NCBI GenBank assembly: GCA_051362555.1
Contig: CM120645.1
Coordinates: 9,858,001 to 9,922,000, forward strand
Source of the DNA: Lingula anatina
Lineage: Eukaryota; Animalia; Brachiopoda
Direction: 5' to 3'
DNA: 64,000 bases
The stretch's first letter is position 1, and the number at the start of each line of letters is the position of its first letter. This document shows positions 13,918 to 26,834 of this stretch, piece after piece. The translations under genes were made by a program, and so were the position numbers. The notes below the pieces were generated by a model. That model searched no databases, was not told the DNA's origin, and was given only the letters and a program-made list of their open reading frames with translations.

Positions 13918-14192
13918 TTTAGCACTAACCAGTGTTTAAGTCGAACCAGTGGATAAATTCTCCTAACACCCATTAACTGAACAACGGTTGAAATTGTGTT
14001 TTATAAACAGAGTTTAAACAGCCGATTAGTTTATCCATTTAAACACTGGACAGTTAACTAACCGGCTGTATAAACACTGTTTATGAAACACAATTTTAAC
14101 CAACTTTCAGTTAACGGGTGTTAGGAGATTTTATCCACTGGTTAGACTAATACACTGGTTAGTGCTAAACGTCCTTTATGAAATTGGGCCCC
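13918..14192. mobile_element. ~250-bp near-perfect palindrome (foldback MITE, Harbinger-like right end)
   Basis: TTTAGCACTAACCAGTGT...GGATAAATTCTCCTAACACCC pairs with GGGTGTTAGGAGATTTTATCC...ACACTGGTTAGTGCTAAA; ends CTTTATGAAATTGGGCCCC. Confidence 0.75.
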
Positions 14193-14278
14193 GGTGTTTT
14201 ACTTTACCCGTGTGCCATGTAATGTCGACCGTCAATCAAAGTTTTTTAATCATTTCAATCCTCATACTGGCAAGGGTA

Positions 14279-17050
14279 AACTAGAGGATCAGAGAGGCGA
14301 TACCGCCTCCGAATATTGTACCACCAGCTGGAGCAAGCGCATTCGTATAGACCCCCACATACACAAAATAAGGGACACAGCCACCAGTTTTGTGCTTGAC
14401 AAGCTGTAAAAATGCAATCAACAAGAATTTTTAAACTATTGCAAAAAATATATATGGTACAATCAAATTTAAGTTCTTCATAAGGTAGGTCAAGGGTCAA
14501 TTTCAAGGTCACAATAAATTGCCAGTATATGACTTCCTATTCAAGTTCAAGAGTAACTATGGACCTATCTCTGTCAAGTTTGAAGTTAAAAGAGAAAGAA
14601 ATTAGCAGAGTTCAGTTCATGATAAAAAGTAGGTCAAAGGTCAATTTCAAGGTCACACTTAGATTGCCAGTATAGGACTTCCTATTCAACTTCAATAGTA
14701 ACTATGGACCTATCTCAGCCAGTTTTGGAGATAAAAGGGAAGCAAAATTTGCAAAATTCAGTTCATGGTGAAAAGTAGGTCAAAGGTCAATTTCAAGGTC
14801 ACATTTAGATTGCCAGTATATGACTTTCTATTCAAGTTCAATAGTAACTATGGACCTATCTCTGCCAGTTTTGGAGATAAAAGGGAAGCAAAATTTGCAA
14901 AGTTCAGTTCATGGTGAAAAGTAGGTCAAAGGTCAATTTCAAGGTCACATATAGATTGCCAGTATATGACTTCCTATTCAAGTTCAATAGTAACTATGGA
15001 CCTATCTCAGCCAGTTTTGGAGATAAAAGGGAAGCAAAATTTGCAAAATTCAGTTCATGGTGAAAAGTAGGTCAAAGGTCAATTTCAAGGTCACATTTAG
15101 ATTGCCAGTATATGACTTCCTATTCAAGTTCAATAGTAACTATGGACCTATCTCTGCCAGTTTTGGAGATAAAAGGGAAGCAAAATTTGCAAAGTTCAGT
15201 TTATGGTGAAAAGTAGGTCAAAGGTCAATTTTGAGGTCACATTTAGATTGCCAGTATATGACTTCCTATTCAAGTTCAATAGTAACTACGGACCTATCTC
15301 AGCCAGTTTTGGAGATAAAAGGAAAGCAAAATTTGCAAAATTCAGTTCATGGTGTAAAGTAGGTCAAAGGTCAATTTTAAGGTCACATTTAGATTGCCAG
15401 TATATGACTTCCTTTTCAAGTTCAATAGTAACTATGGACCTATCTCTGCCAGTTTTGGAGATAAAAGGGAAGAAAAGTTTGCAAAGTTCAGTTCATGGTG
15501 AAAAGTAGGTCAAAGGTCAATTTCAAGGTCACATTTAGATTGCCAGTATAGGACTTCCTATTCAACTTCGATAGTAACTATGGACCTATCTCTGCCAGTT
15601 TTGGAGATAAAAGGGAACCAAAATTTGCAAAGTTCAGTTCATGGTGAAAAGTAGGTCAAAGGTCAATTTTAAGGTCACATTTAGATTGCCAGTATATGAC
15701 TTCCTATTCAACTTCAATAGTAACTATGGACCTATCTCAGCCAGTTTTGGAGATAAAAGGAAAGCAAAATTTGCAAAATTCAGTTCATGGTGTAAAGTAG
15801 GTCAAAGGTCAATTTTAAGGTCACATTTAGATTGCCAGTATATGACTTCCTATTCAACTTCAATAGTAACTATGGACCTATCTCTGCCAGTTTTGGAGAT
15901 AAAAGGGAAGAAAAATTTGCAAAGTTCAGTTCATGGTGAAAAGTAGGTCAAAGGTCAATTTCAAGGTCATAGTAAGATTGCCAGTATATGACTTCCTATT
16001 CAACTTCAATAGTAACTATGGACCTATCTCTGCCAGTTTTGGAGATATAAGGGACTAAATGTTATAATTTTGGAGTTACCATAATGTGCCTTAAATTTCG
16101 TACAGAAAAAATTAATTAAAATAAAGAAAAGGTCATTTTGGTCAAAATTCTTGAAATAGGAGGTGCTCTGAAGTTTCAGAAGTTCAAATTTGATGAAATA
16201 ATGTCATTTTTGAACACAAGTTGTCTGCTTTGCCAAGCCTTATGTTTTATTTTTCCAGAGTTCAAAATTTATTATCCATTACCGTACTGCACATTTTGCT
16301 TTTACCACCAATATGTGCTTTTTGATACAGCGTAACTCGAAAACCGTATGGAATACAAAAAAACCGAGACCACTTCCAGTGTTGGGCTTTACATGCTCTA
16401 CAAAATGCAAAAAAGAATGGGTTTCTAGCATTAACGGTTCCCGAATTAGAGACAGTTTTCAGTTTCGGTATCTTATGGCCGCTACTCCCGTGAAAATGCA
16501 CCGATTGACCCCAAATTCATGGAGATGAAAGATGACCTGAAGGGTAACACTTTCCAATAATATTATTGGTTAAGTCTGTGTGGTGTCTGAATAACAGGGC
16601 AAAAAAAATTTTTTTCGTAAAAAATTTCATTTTTTTGAAAATTTTGGCCCATTTGACCTTGAAGTAAAGGTCAAAGGTCAAATCCAAGGGTATATTTGAA
16701 ATCTACACATATGACTTTTGGAAAGCCGTCTATAGAAATTTTTCCCATAACCCCTTCCGTAGGGTAGATAATTAGCATTTAATTTTGCCATTTTTAGACA
16801 AGGGTGCATTGCAATGAGTGCCACACCCAGACCCCAATACCGACAAAGCCCAAATTTTACGTGGAACGAGTTGAGATTATAGGTGACCTAAATCCATGAG
16901 ATGGGTACGGGGGCCCTTACCGTCTAGGAGGAGAAGCGGTAACGGTAGCCATCCGGCGGAGCCAACGGAGCCGGCGGAGCCGGCGGAACGATCCGGACGG
17001 GACCGAAACCATGTGTACCGCCAGCGCTAACGCTGGTGGTACAATGAAAA
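14279..17050 (+). mobile_element. Non-autonomous Helentron/HINE-like element with internal satellite, in intron 1 of B
   Basis: 5' subterminal ATTGTACCACCAGC (14315-14328) is the reverse complement of GCTGGTGGTACAAT (17032-17045). 3' hairpin TGTACCGCCAGCG-CTAA-CGCTGGTGGTACA is preceded by short CGGAGCCGG repeats. Absent from intron 1 of E. Confidence 0.65.
14480..16050. repeat. Tandem satellite, 146-bp unit, ~10-11 copies
   Basis: AAAAGTAGGTCAAAGGTCAATTTCAAGGTCAC recurs at 14771, 14917 and onward; near-identical ORFs at 15203 and 15641 are 438 bp (3x146) apart. Confidence 0.95.
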
Positions 17051-18030
17051 GTTAAATCTATTAGAAAACGATTCACTTTTTCACCATCACTAAATGTATG
17101 AAAGCCACAACCAAAAAAATTGACAACAAAGACAGGACGCTTCAATAAATTCAATAGCGCCTCATAACGGTATTTTAGGTTACCATTAAAGATTTGGCAA
17201 CGACTCCAATGTGACCAAGACAACACAAACTCCTAAAGTAACTTTTGAAGGAATAAACCTTGAAACCATTGGGATACATTTATCACAGTGATGCTTGCGT
17301 ACTCAAACAAACCTTAGACCTCGACATTATGTCAATGCCATGCTAAATATCTCTTAATTCTCAAATGTCATAATTACCCTGTCTTTCTCTTCCATAATCT
17401 TTTCTTGGATAACTTTCAGTATTGCCTGGTTATTGTGACGCCCAGGATGTCGCTCAATATCTTGCGTAATTCGAGGGCGCGCTGTTGTCATTTTGTTGTG
17501 GTATCTTTTCTTCTAAATAAAATCAAAGACGCATTCTAAACATCTTGTAATATCTGATTCCACAACGAAGCAAAATAAAAAAATGACACGCTGAATACGA
17601 CAGGTGCAACAATTATATATAATTTTGAGTAACCGTGTAGTTAAACAGAAGACAAGACAGTTCCTCTCAACTACTGGTACATGTTTTTGTATCAGTTGCC
17701 CTCTTATTTTAAATGAATTACACATTTCAGCTAAATCTGTTAGGACAGACCATAGAGTCATTTATCATCTTCACGTCTATATATATTCATATCTGCCTGT
17801 CACACCACCTCTGGTCGCTGATCTCATGTCACGCTTGACGATTTTATGTTCGTGTTGCGCGTTAATTTGCCATGCGGTGGAGTTGAAGAGAAACTCGTCG
17901 CGCTGGTGGCGCGCGGGTTGGCAGTGCTTGATGCCCCTTTGCTCAAGCATCAGGTATATGCGGCTCGTTACTTATAACTCGTGGCAGGCTAAATGTGCTG
18001 TACAAACATCTTTACATAACGTAGACTTAA

Positions 18031-18250
18031 AGGGATAACAACTGCTCATTTTGGCCAAAAAATGGATTTTCCTTGGGTAAAGGACAATTTTCTCATCCTT
18101 ATTATTGGTTAATGAATCCATTCTGACATTCTAAGTTAGTCCCCGTTTTTTTCTAAAAAGTTTGGGTTGTTTGTAAAATTTCCTCAAGAGATCATTACAG
18201 AGTTAAGCCATCTGTGGAGGACAAGTGATGTGATGGCAATCACAAATTCA
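18031..18250 (+). mobile_element. Truncated Kolobok-like MITE (left end only), counterpart of 49949-50276
   Basis: TTAA|AGGGATAACAACT left end matches the complete copy in block 2; right TIR missing. Confidence 0.55.
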
Positions 18251-18593
18251 AAAAATTCTACTGGTCTGCGTGAAATTTTTCTGGCCTCTGAAGTACGCGC
18301 AAATAAATACAGAGTCTGAAAGATACTGTATTGTTATGCAGAGTTAAACTGCTAAATGACTCACCTGTTAGGCTACACTAACTTGGTAAAAACTATCTGC
18401 TACAACTTTCATCTAGAGAGATGAAGAACTTTTCTAATAAACGGCTGTCCTCAGAGGGGTTTATATTCACCTGCACTGTAATGAATATATATATCTGACG
18501 CTTTTTTAGATACGAGTCATGAAATTGACTGAATGTTGCCATACACTGCATTAATTCAAATTTATGTTTTACCTAGGTATGTAATGCGTCTAA

Positions 18594-18922
18594 CTTGACC
18601 TAGGTTACGAAAAACTCGTTTACCGATAACTCTAAGTGCCAAGGTGAAGGCCGACTGCACGTAGTATGTTCCAGGTTCAGCAATGACGTCATTTTCTTCC
18701 TCGGGGAAATATTCGTCCAGAGCCATGTTAATGATTTTGGCAGCATCAGCAAATGTTGGGTTGTCTGGGAATGCATAACCAGGACCCCCCCCCCCCCACA
18801 CACACACACCAATGTGTACTAAATTTGTAGGTAATGGATATGGCTTCATCAAAGATGTGGAGCCCAACGATATGGTGAAGGGGTAAGTGATGGAATCGAA
18901 ACAGAAGAGATCGATATGAAAA
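18594..18922 (-). pseudogene. ODC-like C relic (exon 3 only)
   Basis: SFHID...PGYAFPDNPTFADAAKIINMALDEYFPEEENDVIAEPGTYYVQSAFTLALRVIGKRV. Frameshifted, GGG loop replaced by a (C)n(CA)n tract, donor site mutated; no other exons found nearby. Confidence 0.85.
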
Positions 18923-21005
18923 CTAAAGAAAATTCAGGATCACTTTATGAAATGAATACAAACAAGACATTGATTAATTCCACATATTAGTTATTATTCT
19001 TTTATAAACAAGGTTGCAGAAAGGATTTCAAAGAGGGAAAATAATAATATACAAATAACCTATATTCATTAGAACGATTTAGAAAAGAATCACGTTTTAA
19101 AGGTACACATGAACCGACGTCGGTGGCCATGGAGCGTGGATTCCCAGTAACATATATAAACCACTTCTCCTAGTTTCTTGTACAACTCAAATAAATTCAA
19201 CATGCCAAGGAATAAACTGAATAAATCACTCAATCATCCAGAAAAGAGCTTTAGACTGCTCCTCTCTTTAAATTTGTGGTCAGAAATATAACCTACTTAT
19301 CTGACCTACTTTTCTGCCCCATGAACAGCATGTATGAACAGCATAGAAAGCTAGCAGAAAAACCTGTTTAAATATAATTATTCGGGTAATATTAAACAAT
19401 GTCCTTTGGTAATTCTCTTAGCTATACTATTTGAAACTATATGCTGGCATTTGGTTGGCTTTTGTGGCAAAAATGACTTCATATGGATACTTAACATGAT
19501 TTGTAAAGATGTGCGCCTTAAACTAATGCAGCCTTAAAACCTTGAACAATATGTAATGAATGAAAACTTCATGAAAGATCATAAAAAATGAATTGTTTGA
19601 GCCCAACATAATTATTTGAGCAAAATTAAATATGGATTGGAAATCCAATTACCAACCCTACAAGGAATATTTCAAAACTGTCATTGTCAATTTTCCAGTC
19701 TGACCTTAAAAATGGGCCAAAGACCATGTTCAGTGTCAGAATCAACTTCTTTACTAATGAGTTTCTGTGAAACTTCAGTTTTACTTATGTCTATCTTTTA
19801 TGGTTAAAGAGATATCATGCTTAATGCCTACAAGGCTTTCTATGTTACTTTGGTACTTTGTATGTGAAGTGTAGTAAACACGTAGCAGTGTTTAAGAACG
19901 TATATTCTTTACATGGGAAGATAAAAATACTACAGTCTGAAATAATAATAATATCTACTTCCATATGTAAGACGCGGTATTAGATTTTTTATTTTCCTGA
20001 AACAAACAAGCAAGGAAAATTTTCAAGTTTCCCCAAAACTTCATAACTTATGGAGAAAGTAACCAATCAGCCCGGAATTCAAAGTCAAGATGTATTCAAA
20101 TCCATAAAATCATTCTTGTAAGTTTTCGTACAATTAATATCATGGGTTTTTGTTAATGGTGTTAATAATAATTAAAGTGCAATAAATAGGGTTTCTGTCG
20201 TTTCTGTCAATTTTGATACAATATTACATTATCCTGAACAGCATAACTACCATTAATTTTAATTATATACAGGGTATTCAAAAATGTGTTAGCACTCGGT
20301 TTCAATTCCATGGGTCTTCAAAGTAACATTTTGAAAATGCCAATGAATAAATGATACATTCACAAAAACTGCACTTTAAGGAAATCATCGATCAATTAAG
20401 CTGCTATTCAACCTTGGCCTGTATTTTGGTGCTATGGATAAGTTTGGTAATAATACGTTACACCCTTATCTATTTATTGCATTAACAATGAAAAGTGCAC
20501 GACGACGACAAACGCCGTAGATGGCTGTTTGTGCAGTCATCTGAAATCACGTTGAAAATAACCAAGAATACCAAAACTAACATGGTGACAGACTTATATC
20601 AATAAAAGCATAGATTCTAAAACCTTAAAAACACGAAGGTAATGTGCGAATTTGTGACCTCTCATGAATTAACGACATCTAAAAAGCGAAATATGTTTAA
20701 CCAAATCTTTTCCCACTTTAATACTTAAACATAACTAAGAACATAATTGTGTTATTTACAATTATCATTTATCTGAAATTGAAAAATAAAATGGATTCTT
20801 GTGGCTATGTCAAAGCATGGGCAAGATTATCCTTTTTCATTCAGACGTACTCTTTGGGTTCAAGGGTGATTCGTAAAAACATGCCCTTGGACATTTGTCA
20901 ACTATTATTTACTATATATTTACCCAATGAAACCATACTTAAACCTAAAAAAGTGAAACCTCATATTAAAGCTTTTTATTAACTGTCTAAATACTAACTA
21001 CATAC

Positions 21006-22364
21006 CTTAATAACACGAAAACCTGGAATCGCTTTGTCAACCAGCACTGTGAAAAAGAATGACCCATGAATACCATCATTGAGGTAGTACAAGAACGACT
21101 GTTCGTGGTCCTGTTCTGGTTGCAGGAAAAATGAGAACTAAAATTATATTATATGTAATGAAGCAGCCACAGACACACAGACAAATTGATAGATGCATCA
21201 TTTACACACACATATACATGTAAATTGTATAAAAACAAAGAATAAACAGATTTAAATACACGTACCATGTCCGAGGCTGCCGAGCGTAGTATGTTCCAGG
21301 TTCAGCAATGACAACAACATTTTCTTCCTTGGGGAAATATTCGTCCAGAGCAGTGTTTATGTCTTTGGCAACATCAGCAAATGTTGGTTTGCCTTTGACT
21401 GCATGACCGGGGAACCCTCCACCGATGTCCAGTAAGCTGAAGTTGTAGCCAATGTCTTTGGCTTCATCGAAGATCTCATGGCACAAGCGTATGGTGTTTT
21501 GGTAGGCCATGGAATCAAAACAGGTGTCACCGATATGGAAACTTAAGAAAAAGTTGAGTATTCTGTTAAATATTGTGAGGTACCAAAGCACAGCAAATGA
21601 AATACCGCATCAAGTATAGAAATTTACACAGTTGATTTTAGTCTCTTTGTTTATCAAAGTGGCAGCGCGGATAAATTTTCAAACTGAAGCAATTCTAAAT
21701 AAGATAAAAGAGTAATAATTTATAAACAAAGTGTGCCTACCAACAATATTCACCAATATTTACAAAAAAGCGGATAAAGATGTTCAAATTAAATAAGAAT
21801 TAAACACGTTCGTCTTCATCAAATATGTACCGGGTTAATTTTTTTAGTGTAAAGGTAGAAGCTATAAATAATAGAATGCTATAACAACTACCTGACACCC
21901 ACGACCGTCAGTTTCATTTCTTTTGCCCTCACAATTAGTTCATTGCATTGGTCGAGGGCACAACCATACATCTTACCAAATGTATACCTAGTCTTGTCAA
22001 CTCGTGGGTGAATCCGTAACACAAGTCTTGCGTCTGGATAGAGATTCTTTATCTTGACTAACTCATACTCGTTGCCAAAGGTCATAAGGTCGACTCCTTG
22101 TTCTGAGGCACGTTTGATGTCTTGGGGATCTTTGCAGGGATGGGCATATATAATCCGATCTGTTCCCACCCCATGGGTTAGAACCTGCTGGAATTCAGCG
22201 CTATTGGAGCAGTCAAACCCTGCCCCAAGTGCCGCAATGGTCTTCACGACTGGCTCAGTGTTGTTACATTTCACGGCGTAGAAGGGTTTGACACGAGGCA
22301 TCAGTTCCACCCAGTGCTTGTGCTTGTTAACGATGTCATCCAAGTTGACAATATAGAAGGGACG
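21006..22364 (-). pseudogene. ODC-like D pseudogene (counterpart of G), exons 2-4 only
   Basis: Exons 22364-21892, 21541-21266, 21110-21006. 52-bp frameshifting deletion in exon 3 (junction 21285-21288); exon 5 deleted (junction ~19520); exon 1 absent; TFD>TFG. Confidence 0.92.
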
Positions 22365-23682
22365 CTGCAATATTTATAATATAATATGCATATTAATGTG
22401 TATGTTTGATTAATGCAGATGACACCAGCCCAAATTTAACCAAAAAGGAATGTGTTTCATATTCTTTGCTTTAATCCACATATACATTTACATGCTTTTC
22501 CATAACCAGGTCAATTAATCTGATGGAAAAGAGATACGATTGTCATTCAAATGAAAAAATCTAATGGTGCCTTCAAAAGCATGTTAGTAATTGAAGCCCG
22601 TCAATATGGGCAACTTATATAGGTGATTCTAGCATGAAACACTAAGTTTCGCCTTTGATCACACGCATGAAAAGGAAAATCAAAATATCTACAACGCATG
22701 TTTTAAAAGCCAGTACTTGTTTCAGTTCATATACCAGATGGTAAAATGGTTACCGTTTCAAAAGAAACCATTTATATTTTACCTACTGTTTGTATGAAAA
22801 CTGCCCTTTCGACCCATTATCAACGAGCATTATTACATGACTGCCTCGTGAACGTGACTTCCAGGTGTAGCTGCACTCAGTCAAAAAAGGGAAGTCTCCT
22901 TTACTGATTGAATTTATTGAATTCAAACGTAAAACTGAAAAAAAAATTAAATAAAACAAAATAAATAACAGAACAAAAAATGTAGCGAAAAATACTGAAA
23001 ACAAATTAAAATACAAAATTACCTAAAAATTGATAACAAATTTACATGAAGTACATACGAAAGTGTAAGAAAAAGGATAGACGGAAACGTTGCAAAGACC
23101 CAAAGCCGGAGAAGTTTACTTTACTTTAGCGTTGAAATAATATGACTAATCCCCGACCAAGTGTGCTAATATCGTTATAAAGGATAGATAGACACGTTGA
23201 AAGACCCAAAGCCAGAGAAATGTACGTTATCGTTGAAATAGTTACCTTTTCCTCCGACTGGGTGAGCTAAAATGGTGTCGTTAGAGTACCCGCACCGTTC
23301 TGTGTAAGAAAGTGACGTGAGCAAAAAGAAATAGGGAGGAGGCCTTATATACGCTGTGAAGTGAAAACTATTCAGTGCAGGGTGTGGTACAGGCATGTTA
23401 CGGTGCGGTTAGGTAAGTGCGATGGCCTGTAACGTTATAATTAGTAGAGCGAGAGAGAGAGAGAAAGAGAAAACAGAGAAAGAACGGAAAATGTACTTCG
23501 CATAAGTAAACACAGAAACTCAAATAAAAATAAATAAATAAAAATATCGCGGGCAGTTACACCAGGCTTATTATACATGTAACGGCAATAGCACGGTTAG
23601 TCACTTTGAAACGATTCACCTTTTCACCATCACTGCCAAAAGAAGACAAACCATAGGATTGTCCAAGAGATTCAGTGGCTGA

Positions 23683-23857
23683 GGACCCATTCAGAATAGA
23701 GGACTAACTAGTCCGAGGGTCAAATATGGCCGACCCACTTGAATACTTCCCCGAGGAATATCTATTCAGTGTATAATAGTGGATTGGACTACAAGCTTTG
23801 TAGTGGGTCGCCATATTTGACCCTCGGACTAGTAAGTCCCCTATTCTGAATGGGGCC
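23683..23857. mobile_element. Palindromic MITE (Harbinger-like, GG.CCC..TTCAGAATAG TIRs); truncated counterpart at 55874-56014
   Basis: GGACCCATTCAGAATAGAGGACTAACTAGTCCGAGGGTCAAATATGG pairs with CCATATTTGACCCTCGGACTAGTAAGTCCCCTATTCTGAATGGGGCC. Confidence 0.75.
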
Positions 23858-23860
23858 TAA

Positions 23861-24797
23861 AGCCTCGGTCACAACCGGACACACGAATTTCAGGATCGTA
23901 TGTCCTCTGCGATTTTTGGGTGTTGCGGAGGCCGTGGAGGTCGTAGAGGTAGAGGAAAGTCTGCCTTGCGAGTCGCAAGGGCCACATGAGATGTCCTTTC
24001 AAGCAGGGACGCTAATTGAAAGAAGCGATGGTCGTGGAAATTGTACTCATTTCTTGAGTTTGTCTTGCATCCTGTATACGTGGCACACACTCACCACTTA
24101 CGAAATGAATGCAACGCACGGCGAAAGTAGTGCCCTTTTGCGTCAGTTTTGCTTCACACTTGCCTCACACGTTTGTGGTTCAAGTACTGACGGCATACGT
24201 CAGTTTTGCTTCCTGTTCCCCTCTTCTTTCTTCTTCCTCCTCCCTTTTTTCTACTATGTAAGTTTCTTTCTTTAGCCTTTTGGAGGCATATTAAAAACTA
24301 AATTGAGCAAAATTTTGAAAATTTTGGAAATTGCTGTACACGTTACAAAAACGACGTTCATTGTAAAGACACGAGCGTGCGTCGTGAGCACGCCTTTTAT
24401 ACACCAGGCGTTGGGGTGACGCACGTGCGACGCATACCCGGTGTGCTCTCGACAGGCAACGAAATACAAGTTTCTCATTGGACATAATTCTGGACTTCAC
24501 CAATCAGCGTTTTCGCCAAACTTTGGTGAAAAATTTTGAAATATGGATTCGTTTGGCTTATATAAACTAGGTCAAACTATTTTCGTCAGAGGTAACTTGA
24601 CACGATGAAGATAGGCTATAGTGAAGAGGTTAGTGTCAAGTTCTCTGAAGCTCAGGGTGAGCGACTGTTGATCATGTCTGCGACCTCCAAAAGTTGCACG
24701 ATGGACTGCTCTTCACACACGAAATCCCACGTTTTCCCCAATTTTTTTGGCCATAGACCAGACGTAGAAGCCCGTACGTTGGGTTGGGACCCAGATT
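23861..24797. mobile_element. Harbinger-like non-autonomous element, apparently a hybrid
   Basis: Ends AGCCTCGGTCACAA... and ...TTGGGACCCAGATT; flanks TAA and TTA are non-identical. Only the right ~110 bp match the block-2 element at 56998-57926. Confidence 0.5.
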
Positions 24798-26834
24798 TTA
24801 GTCATCAAAACGCTGCTGTTACTCATAATAACGTACATGTAAATTAGGTATTTTAAATTCAAATATTGAACATCAACATGCCGTAGTTTTAGTGTTTTTA
24901 TACCCCAACATATATAGGCTAACTGAGAGGTAAATCTGTGTACGTTTGTATCTCTTTAAGTTATCACAGTTAATAAAATATCACACACACACACACACAT
25001 CTTGTATACAAAAAAAAAAATAAACAAATTTGAAATATACTTTATTATTTTGCTTAGGTAAGTGTTAATTGACTTACCGGTTAGATTATACTTGTCTTGG
25101 TTAAATTGCGTCTGTTGATAATGAATATCTCTATCCAACAGATAATGCTAAGATTTGCAGAAATTTTCCATTAATGGCCGTCCTCAGGTACAGTGGTGCT
25201 TTACCTTTATGTTTACCCAAACTAAAACACACGACTACAATGTATAAAATGGAGGTGCCTTTTTGCTTTACTAAATAAAGTGCTCGCAGGTGACGCCGGG
25301 TGTCATGCCTGCTTTTTTGTCATGATAATGCATGCAATCCAACCTAAGTAGATAAAAACACGGATATACGACACCAACAATTCTCTCCTGATTACATTTG
25401 ATTATACCAGTATTGCATCATGAGTTCTGGATGGTTGCTAGTATATTGTAGCACCATACTTGATTTCCAGTTTTTTTAACCGGAATTCAGGCATAAAAAT
25501 TCTGATTGCAGTAGAAAGGTGTTGTTGCGGGAAAGGGTTTCTAAATCCATGTATATCAGGGTTTCTTTGACGGATTTGTGCACGCGTGGGAAGTACATGT
25601 ATTTGATATTGTCAGTCAAAAGATTTGTTTTTAATTTTGTTAAAATCTTACTTTTTATATATACCAAACGGCTAATTCACGTTTCGGTCTCAACTTGAGC
25701 TCTTTTGCAAAGTGATGACTTCAAAAGTTCGTTTCGAATCCTACCGGATAACATACTCATTCTTTTGAAAATTATTCGAATTACAAAATCAGCCTTCAAT
25801 CACTCCCCCCCCCCCCCCACACACACACACACGCACACACACACACACACACACACAGACACCGCCTTCTGTCATTCTCATCTACTGCGCTTGATATAGA
25901 GATCGGGGTCCCTTGGCAACGTATGAAATTTGAAAGTCATATTATTATGGCAACCAGGCAAACCAGCAAATCTGTACATTTACAATGTATCAAGAATGCC
26001 CTTTGTGCATTTTAACTAATATCTAAAGATTTGATTTTAAAGAAAATATGAAATAACTGAACATAAGTCTCGCAATTTTAGATTTATTAATACTGAAATG
26101 TAAACCAAACACCAATACATAGAATTGTGTAGAGGTCTATAAAACACAAAAATAGAGTAAAACATATCGAAAACGTGTAAGAAAAGGTAGAAATGTGTTA
26201 TTAAATAAATAATAAAGCTAAAAATGTTATAGGCCTACAGTTTCAAAATAATAATGAATCACTGAATATCATATTGACGGCTTCGTTTCATGTAATTTAG
26301 CAATACTATAATGTTTATTAATTATCACGGCCACAAAAATATCAAAGCGTCTTTAAAATAAAAGAAAGTATAGAAAAATATATATATACTTTTGTAGTAA
26401 ATATATGAATAAGTATTTGTTAATATCATAAATGTTATTATTAATATTATAATAGTATATAAACTAAGATATTAAAATCATTTCAAATAAATGCATGATA
26501 AAAAAGTGCGTTGTTAAAATTGACATTAGATAAATTAAAGATACCATCAAAAAATTATACAAATTCAAAATATGATTAATAAATGAATTATGCCTCGTAA
26601 AGTTGGCGCCATAAGGCGGAATTTGTAAGGTAAATACCAGGCGATATCATATGCAGTTTTTTCAATTTTTAAATGCTAGAGAAACACACTCATTACATTC
26701 AGTCGTTGTTGTAGTTGTTCCTTTTTTTCACACGATCTTCGGATTCCAGAATATTGCTGCTGCTTGTTCCACAAACTCAGATTCCAGGTGACCTACAACT
26801 TTGGCCTTTACCGCCTGGACATCCGTCATTACGT

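Larger units (their letters stand above)
11587..17491 (-). pseudogene. ODC-like B pseudogene (counterpart of E)
   Basis: Exons 17491-17378, 13577-13105, 12776-12448, 12343-12233, 11817-11587. Lesions: AAG>TAG at 13260-13262; +1 frameshift in a G-run at 12565-12569 (exon 329 bp vs 328 in E); TGG>TAG at 11707-11709. Confidence 0.92.

Noticed and set aside
15203-15946. Duplicated 101-aa ORFs, and ORFs at 30059-31490
   Set aside because: Products of satellite periodicity, not genes.
26390-26640. AU-rich elements in the IL-17-like 3' UTR
   Set aside because: Scattered ATTTA pentamers are expected by chance in such AT-rich DNA; no clustered nonamers.
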